Assembly: GCA_964645605.1 (NCBI GenBank)
Contig: CAZYCE010000001.1
Coordinates: 63 to 64,062 of the forward strand
DNA: 64,000 nucleotides
DNA from: an uncultured Gammaproteobacteria bacterium
Lineage (GTDB): Bacteria > Patescibacteriota > Microgenomatia > UBA8517
Direction of reading: 5' to 3'
Every line of letters begins with the position of its first letter. Position 1 is the first letter of the stretch. The position numbers and the translations under genes were made by a program. This document shows positions 59,099-64,000 of this stretch, piece after piece. The notes under the pieces are model-generated. The model searched no databases. It was not told the DNA's origin and saw nothing but the letters and a program-made list of their open reading frames with translations.

Positions 59099-59395
59099 TT
59101 AGCCTTCAATAGCTAAAATGTCCTCAAACTTGACGAATAAATATTCTTTTCCTTGAATTTTGACTTCGTTTCCTCCCCATTTTTTATAAAAAACAACGTC
59201 ATTTAGTTTTGCGGGAGGTTCAATCTTTTGACCATCTTGAAAGGAGGCTTTGCCCATTGCAATAACTTTTCCTTTTTGTGGTTTTTCTGAAGCATTGTCG
59301 GGTAAATAAATCCCTGAGGATGTTTTTGTTTCAGCCTCGAGAGGTTCAATCAATAAATACCCAGCAGTCGGTTTTAAATTCAGTTTAGTTATCAT
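59099..59395 (-). CDS. groS: Co-chaperonin GroES
   Basis: [24 protein letters not shown]. Confidence 0.98.
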   Translation of the reverse strand: MITKLNLKPTAGYLLIEPLEAETKTSSGIYLPDNASEKPQKGKVIAMGKASFQDGQKIEPPAKLNDVVFYKKWGGNEVKIQGKEYLFVKFEDILAIEG

Positions 59396-59401
59396 ATTCG
59401 A

Positions 59402-59428
59402 TTAGCATTCCAACTCAATGACTGCTAT
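59402..59428. promoter_or_regulatory. CIRCE operator of groES-groEL
   Basis: TTAGCATTC-N9-GACTGCTAT, immediately downstream of the minus-strand promoter TTGACA-N18-TAAAAT (59456-59427). Confidence 0.85.
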
Positions 59429-59429
59429 T

Positions 59430-60302
59430 TTAGTTTTTTGACGAGAGGTTTGTCAAGTGTATCTTTTTGGCTACAATACGGGTCAAATCGTTCGGGTGAA
59501 ATATTGCCCTCGTAATCGTAACCACCTCCCTGGTAATCTTAGGTTTCATATAATAATATTGCATTTTGAAACATAGAGTTTCTATGTAATTTAGTCTTCT
59601 CTGTTTCGTATACGAGGTATTATTATTATTTCTGATTTCTTTTACGTTTGGCCAAAAGTCTAAGGCCCACCTATTTTTCGTCAAAAACCTCTCATACATC
59701 CCATTTTTGTCAATCAAAGGAACTATTTGTAAAATTTCGTGGGCAGTATAAAAATTTCGGTCTTTTTTCCCCCAGACCAGATCAGACTCATCCATCCAGA
59801 TATTCAAACACAGTCTGTCTTTTCCGCGACTATGGGCAGGCTTTCTGATTTTATAATTCAGAAGTTTTAATAATATGTAAGTCATCAGTCTTGTAGACCA
59901 AAGTTGGCCTTTCTTGGTAATAATCATGAGATCAATATCATCGTCTTTGTCCGCATTTTCCATGGCTAGGGAGCCAGTTAAACCTATCATCTTTATCCCC
60001 GGTAGTATGGAGATGGTTCTTGAGACTTTTTTGGCTATTTGAATCTTACCTTGAGAATACCTTTCTCTAATAGCACGCTTATAGATTAGACCCTCTCTCC
60101 CCTCGACAAAGCAAAATCCATTTTTACATGAGGCTCGAAAATCCATCAAAGGAGCATTTTTGGAAGTCCATTTAATAAGTTCCGGAAACGTCAGAGGGTA
60201 ATCGAAAATATTATGATAATAAATCGAAAATAGCTCCGAGTTGCTTAAACTCTCCGGGAACGGATTTGTTCTGAAAGAAAAATGGCGCAACAATGACATC
60301 AC
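59430..60302 (-). CDS. Pol-beta-superfamily nucleotidyltransferase-domain protein
   Basis: GLTGSLA....DDDIDLMII (GS..DxD motif). Confidence 0.75.
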   Translation of the reverse strand: MMSLLRHFSFRTNPFPESLSNSELFSIYYHNIFDYPLTFPELIKWTSKNAPLMDFRASCKNGFCFVEGREGLIYKRAIRERYSQGKIQIAKKVSRTISILPGIKMIGLTGSLAMENADKDDDIDLMIITKKGQLWSTRLMTYILLKLLNYKIRKPAHSRGKDRLCLNIWMDESDLVWGKKDRNFYTAHEILQIVPLIDKNGMYERFLTKNRWALDFWPNVKEIRNNNNTSYTKQRRLNYIETLCFKMQYYYMKPKITREVVTITRAIFHPNDLTRIVAKKIHLTNLSSKN

Positions 60303-61723
60303 CTTACGGAAATTCCATATTGAGCCAATACTTGTGCAACCCCTTCGGCCACAGTCTCCAAAGCTTTAATGGCTGAGCCTTTACCCGTTGCGACCGCATT
60401 GACTGCGTCACCGAAATAATTGGAGATTTGAGTATTTATTCCTGTGGCTCCATCAAAGGTACGACTTGCCAAATACCAGCTCCTGGCTCCCGGGGCCTGA
60501 TTTATGATTGAACCAATAATTGGATGGCTCGTTAAAAGCGAGGCCATATCTACCCTAGGGTATGGTTCTCCAAAACTTCTAACCGCGGCTTCATTTTGAT
60601 ATAGTTTTTGTAAGGAGTCTTTCGTTGCCAGGTAATTCAAAAAATCCCAAGCCGCTGATTTCTTTGTGCTTTTCGACCATATTCCCTCGGCCCAGTAAGT
60701 GGCGTAGGTAACGTCGGGTTGGCTGGGATTGTCTTTAGGAAGCTGGGGAATGGGAACTGTCCTAAATTTCAAATTTGGATTTTTTTGTTCTATCTCGAAA
60801 GCTCTCCAACTCGGGCCTAGATACATAGCCAGCTTCCCGGCTGCAAACGCTTGAGTTGAGGTTGGCAAAGAAATATCCCAGATTCCTTCGACTGAGGAAA
60901 AAAGAGTGAAGTATGTCAAAGCATCCGCAGCATTTTCCCCAGTCGGTTTTGACAGATCCACTCCATTTTGGATCATCAGGAGACCCAGTATTTCCTGCCA
61001 ATGGTCAACGTTTTCGGTTCTACCAAGAGCTGCCCCTGCCTGCGCTATAATTCCTTTGTCATCTTTTATTGTTAAGGATTTTGCTACGCTTCTGAAATCA
61101 TCCCACGTTGTGGGTGGGGTTTTACCTGATTTATCGAAAATATCTTGATTTATAAAAAGGGTAAGTGCATCGTAGCCCAACGGAATTCCCACTATGGAAT
61201 TGCCATAAGAAAGATCTGAAGTGATCACCTGATAAAAATTTTTGGAATAGTCCGCCGCAGTCATCACGGAGGAAGGTAGAGCGTCAAGATCCGATTTAAA
61301 CATTGGGACCCATGTGTTATGGAATGCAAAAATGTCTGGCCCTTCTCCGTTTTTAAATGAGTTGGCAAGCCTTTCGCGATAATCCTCCTTTGATTGGGCA
61401 ACATAGATTATTTTTACCCCAGGGTGTAAAGATTCATATGAACTGATAAGAGGTGCCACAACATTAGTGTCTTCCCACAATCCCCACCAAACGATCTCTG
61501 CAGAGGCTTTCTTTTCCGAACCGATTAAATATTTATAGGCAACAAACCCTATTATTGCCAAAAATATTAAAGAGCCCACAATAATCAATGTTTTTGGGAC
61601 TTTTTTCTTTGCAGGTGCAATGGGTTGCGGAGCAATACCGGATGTAGTCAGAGGAGGCGGCTGGGCTGGTGCGCCGGTTGGAATTTGGACGTTTACATTT
61701 TGATAAACATTAGGTTGTGGCAT
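60299..61723 (-). CDS. TM-anchored family 1 (sugar-type) solute-binding protein
   Basis: GPDIF, IPL..D.L.LF.N.D.F, PPTTWDDF, F..GK.AM; Pro-rich N-terminus plus TM. Confidence 0.9.
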   Translation of the reverse strand: MPQPNVYQNVNVQIPTGAPAQPPPLTTSGIAPQPIAPAKKKVPKTLIIVGSLIFLAIIGFVAYKYLIGSEKKASAEIVWWGLWEDTNVVAPLISSYESLHPGVKIIYVAQSKEDYRERLANSFKNGEGPDIFAFHNTWVPMFKSDLDALPSSVMTAADYSKNFYQVITSDLSYGNSIVGIPLGYDALTLFINQDIFDKSGKTPPTTWDDFRSVAKSLTIKDDKGIIAQAGAALGRTENVDHWQEILGLLMIQNGVDLSKPTGENAADALTYFTLFSSVEGIWDISLPTSTQAFAAGKLAMYLGPSWRAFEIEQKNPNLKFRTVPIPQLPKDNPSQPDVTYATYWAEGIWSKSTKKSAAWDFLNYLATKDSLQKLYQNEAAVRSFGEPYPRVDMASLLTSHPIIGSIINQAPGARSWYLASRTFDGATGINTQISNYFGDAVNAVATGKGSAIKALETVAEGVAQVLAQYGISVR

Positions 61724-61793
61724 GTGTGGCGTAATCTAGACTATATTTAAATGGTATCATATGGCTAAAATATGACAAGTCATTTTTATTAAT

Positions 61794-63554
61794 ATGAATA
61801 AAAAAACTAAAATGCTGGTTAGAAAATATCTGATTCGTGTAGCAATATTTACAGCCTCTTTGGTTTTGATTATTGGGACAGCCATTCTTTCTTATCTTAT
61901 TGCCTATAACGGCAAGATTTATCCAAATATCTCCGTGGCCGGAGTAAATATCGCAGGGAATACTCAAGCCGATGCTATACTTCTTCTTTCCAAAAACATT
62001 ATTACCCCATCCGAAATTACCTTAATTTACCAAGACCAGACTTACCCAATTAAAACCTCCGATATCGATCTTCACTACGATTTTTATTCTTCAACTCGAA
62101 AAGCTTATGAATTTGTCAGAACCGGCAATATTTTCACAGATATTCAAAAGCGAATTATCTTGCTTTTTAACTCAGAGAATCTGGGCCTTATAACAAATTT
62201 TGATGGCGGTAAATTATCTAAGCTCATCTCGATCGTGGCAGGCCAAATCTCCATTGACCCTGTTAATCCGTCTGTCTCCAAAACCTCGGGAGGAATTTCG
62301 GTTGAAAGGGGGCTTGCCGGAAGAGAGGTCAGTCAAGAACAGTTAACATCCCTGATATTGCAATATTTAACTTTTAACCAAAAAGGCCCAATTTCAATTC
62401 CTGTCGAGAATATTGATAATACTCTGACAGTTGAGCAAGCAGATGCCCTATCCGCCCGTGCAGAAAGACTTTTGGGTAAAAGTATTGTTATGAAGCATGA
62501 ATACGATAGCATTACCCTTAAGGACACTGATATTTTTGCACTTCTGGGTGCTGAAGGGGGATACAACGAAGAGGCAATTACAGGGTTAATTCAAAAGTCG
62601 GCCCCAACATTTGAAAGAGAGCCTCAGAATCCAAAATTTGTGTTTGAAAACGGGAAGGTTACCGAATTTCAACCGGCGTTGGATGGTATAGAAATTAATA
62701 GGGAAGATTCTCAAAATTTGATACGCCAGAAGTTAGTAGAACTTGAGAGGAATTCGAATAAAAGCCTGAGTTTCGATATTCCGGTCGTTAGGACTCCTCC
62801 CGAAATTGATACAGGCCAGGTAAATGATTTTGGAATCAGAGAGCTTATCGGCCGTGGGACGTCAACTTATTTTCATTCAATACCAGGACGTGTCCACAAT
62901 GTGTCTCTTGCGGCCAGCAGAATCAACGGCACACTTGTCAAACCTGGAGAAACATTTTCATTTAACAATACCTTGGGGGATGTATCTGCCTTTACAGGAT
63001 ACCAACAGGCTTACATTATTAGTGGTGGCAAGACAATTTTGGGAGACGGAGGTGGTGTTTGCCAGGTATCTACAACGCTTTTTAGAGCAATTTTGGACGC
63101 AGGTCTACCGATAGTTGAAAGACAGGCTCATGCCTACCGTGTGGGTTATTATGAACAAGACTCCCCTCCCGGAATTGACGCCACAGTGTTTAGTCCTTCA
63201 CCCGACCTCAAATTTATCAACGACACGGGTCATTATATTTTAATAGAAGCAACTGCCGACACCAAAAATTACTCGCTTGTTTTTGAACTTTATGGGGCGT
63301 CAGACGGCAGGGTGGCTTCAATTTCAAAGCCGGTCGTAACCAATGTCACTGCCCCACCTCCAGATTTGTATCAGGATGACCCGACACTTCCCGCGGGGAC
63401 TGTTAAGCAAGTAGACTATAAGGCCTGGGGCGCCAGAGTTAGCTTTGATTATATTGTAACAAGGGGTGGCAGAGAAATTATTAATAAAACATTCATCAGC
63501 AACTATAAACCCTGGCAGGCTATATACCTCCGCGGTACGGGCCCGGCACAATAG
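61794..63554 (+). CDS. VanW family protein (PG-binding-4 region, VanW domain, G5-like tail)
   Basis: R.HNV.LAA.RING..V.PGE.FSFN, GGGVCQVSTTLF, G.DATV. Confidence 0.92.
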   Translation: MNKKTKMLVRKYLIRVAIFTASLVLIIGTAILSYLIAYNGKIYPNISVAGVNIAGNTQADAILLLSKNIITPSEITLIYQDQTYPIKTSDIDLHYDFYSSTRKAYEFVRTGNIFTDIQKRIILLFNSENLGLITNFDGGKLSKLISIVAGQISIDPVNPSVSKTSGGISVERGLAGREVSQEQLTSLILQYLTFNQKGPISIPVENIDNTLTVEQADALSARAERLLGKSIVMKHEYDSITLKDTDIFALLGAEGGYNEEAITGLIQKSAPTFEREPQNPKFVFENGKVTEFQPALDGIEINREDSQNLIRQKLVELERNSNKSLSFDIPVVRTPPEIDTGQVNDFGIRELIGRGTSTYFHSIPGRVHNVSLAASRINGTLVKPGETFSFNNTLGDVSAFTGYQQAYIISGGKTILGDGGGVCQVSTTLFRAILDAGLPIVERQAHAYRVGYYEQDSPPGIDATVFSPSPDLKFINDTGHYILIEATADTKNYSLVFELYGASDGRVASISKPVVTNVTAPPPDLYQDDPTLPAGTVKQVDYKAWGARVSFDYIVTRGGREIINKTFISNYKPWQAIYLRGTGPAQ

Positions 63555-63584
63555 TTTTAGGAATTGTAGTAAAATACTCTGTTC

Positions 63585-64000
63585 ATGAAAATAATTAAGA
63601 ACAACAAAGAGGCGGTCAATATGGCTGTAAATATACTTAAAAACGGCGGTCTGGTTATATATCCAACGGAAACCATGTACGGCGCAGGAGTGGATGCAAC
63701 CAACATAAAGGCTGTCAAAAAAATGACAATTTACAAGGACCGACCTCTTGGCAAACCCTTCTCCATTGCCGTTAAAGACATCGGCATGGCTAAACAATAT
63801 GGAACTTTGAACAAAACCGCAAAAAATCTTTTCAAAGAATTTTTGCCTGGGCCTTTGACTGTTGTAGTTAGGGGAAAAGGTAAACTCGCCAAAGGCATCG
63901 AGTCGGAAGACGGAAAACTGGGAATAAGGCTTCCTGATTATCAATTCGTGCGAGATATCGTCGAAAAATTGGGTAAACCCATTACTGCAACTTCAGCCAA
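63585..64000 (+). CDS. tsaC: L-threonylcarbamoyladenylate synthase TsaC/Sua5 (partial)
   Basis: Absent from the ORF track: MKIIKNN...GGLVIYPTETMYG...K.R...KPF...LPGPLT...GIRLP...PITATSA. Confidence 0.95.
   Translation, partial: MKIIKNNKEAVNMAVNILKNGGLVIYPTETMYGAGVDATNIKAVKKMTIYKDRPLGKPFSIAVKDIGMAKQYGTLNKTAKNLFKEFLPGPLTVVVRGKGKLAKGIESEDGKLGIRLPDYQFVRDIVEKLGKPITATSA

Noticed and set aside
61794-63554. Vancomycin resistance locus
   Set aside because: VanW-domain proteins are widespread; no vanHAX or vanRS genes are present.

Overview
A dense chromosomal housekeeping and cell-envelope region read in genetic code 11. Trimmed alaS/infB/dnaJ/lon, a baseplate-J-like membrane protein, TrpR-like and VanW proteins and few Shine-Dalgarno sites suggest a CPR/Patescibacteria genome, probably Microgenomates (inference). 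About 55 CDSs: translation and RNA genes (alaS, rnj, pnp, rpsO, infB, nusA, rpsT, metG, tsaC), heat-shock genes (hrcA-grpE-dnaK-dnaJ and groES-groEL, each with a CIRCE operator), DNA repair genes (ftsK, UDG, two SF1 helicases, rmuC) and a large envelope set. One tRNA-Cys and two decayed genes are present. No CRISPR, rRNA, IS element or prophage was seen. The strongest candidate novel system is a Gram-positive-like surface-display pathway: a sortase, plus a PilN/PilO-like operon encoding two LPxSG-tagged Thr/Pro-stalked proteins and a Cys-rich partner, next to a fused GT-C/protein-O-mannosyltransferase, LCP, FemABX pair and MurJ. Other signals: a structured leader before an M23 peptidase, candidate rpsO and nusA autoregulatory leaders, widespread leaderless promoters, a 7-nt-period repeat found between and inside genes, and a Lon ATPase without a protease domain. 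All family calls come from motif recognition by eye, not database searches.
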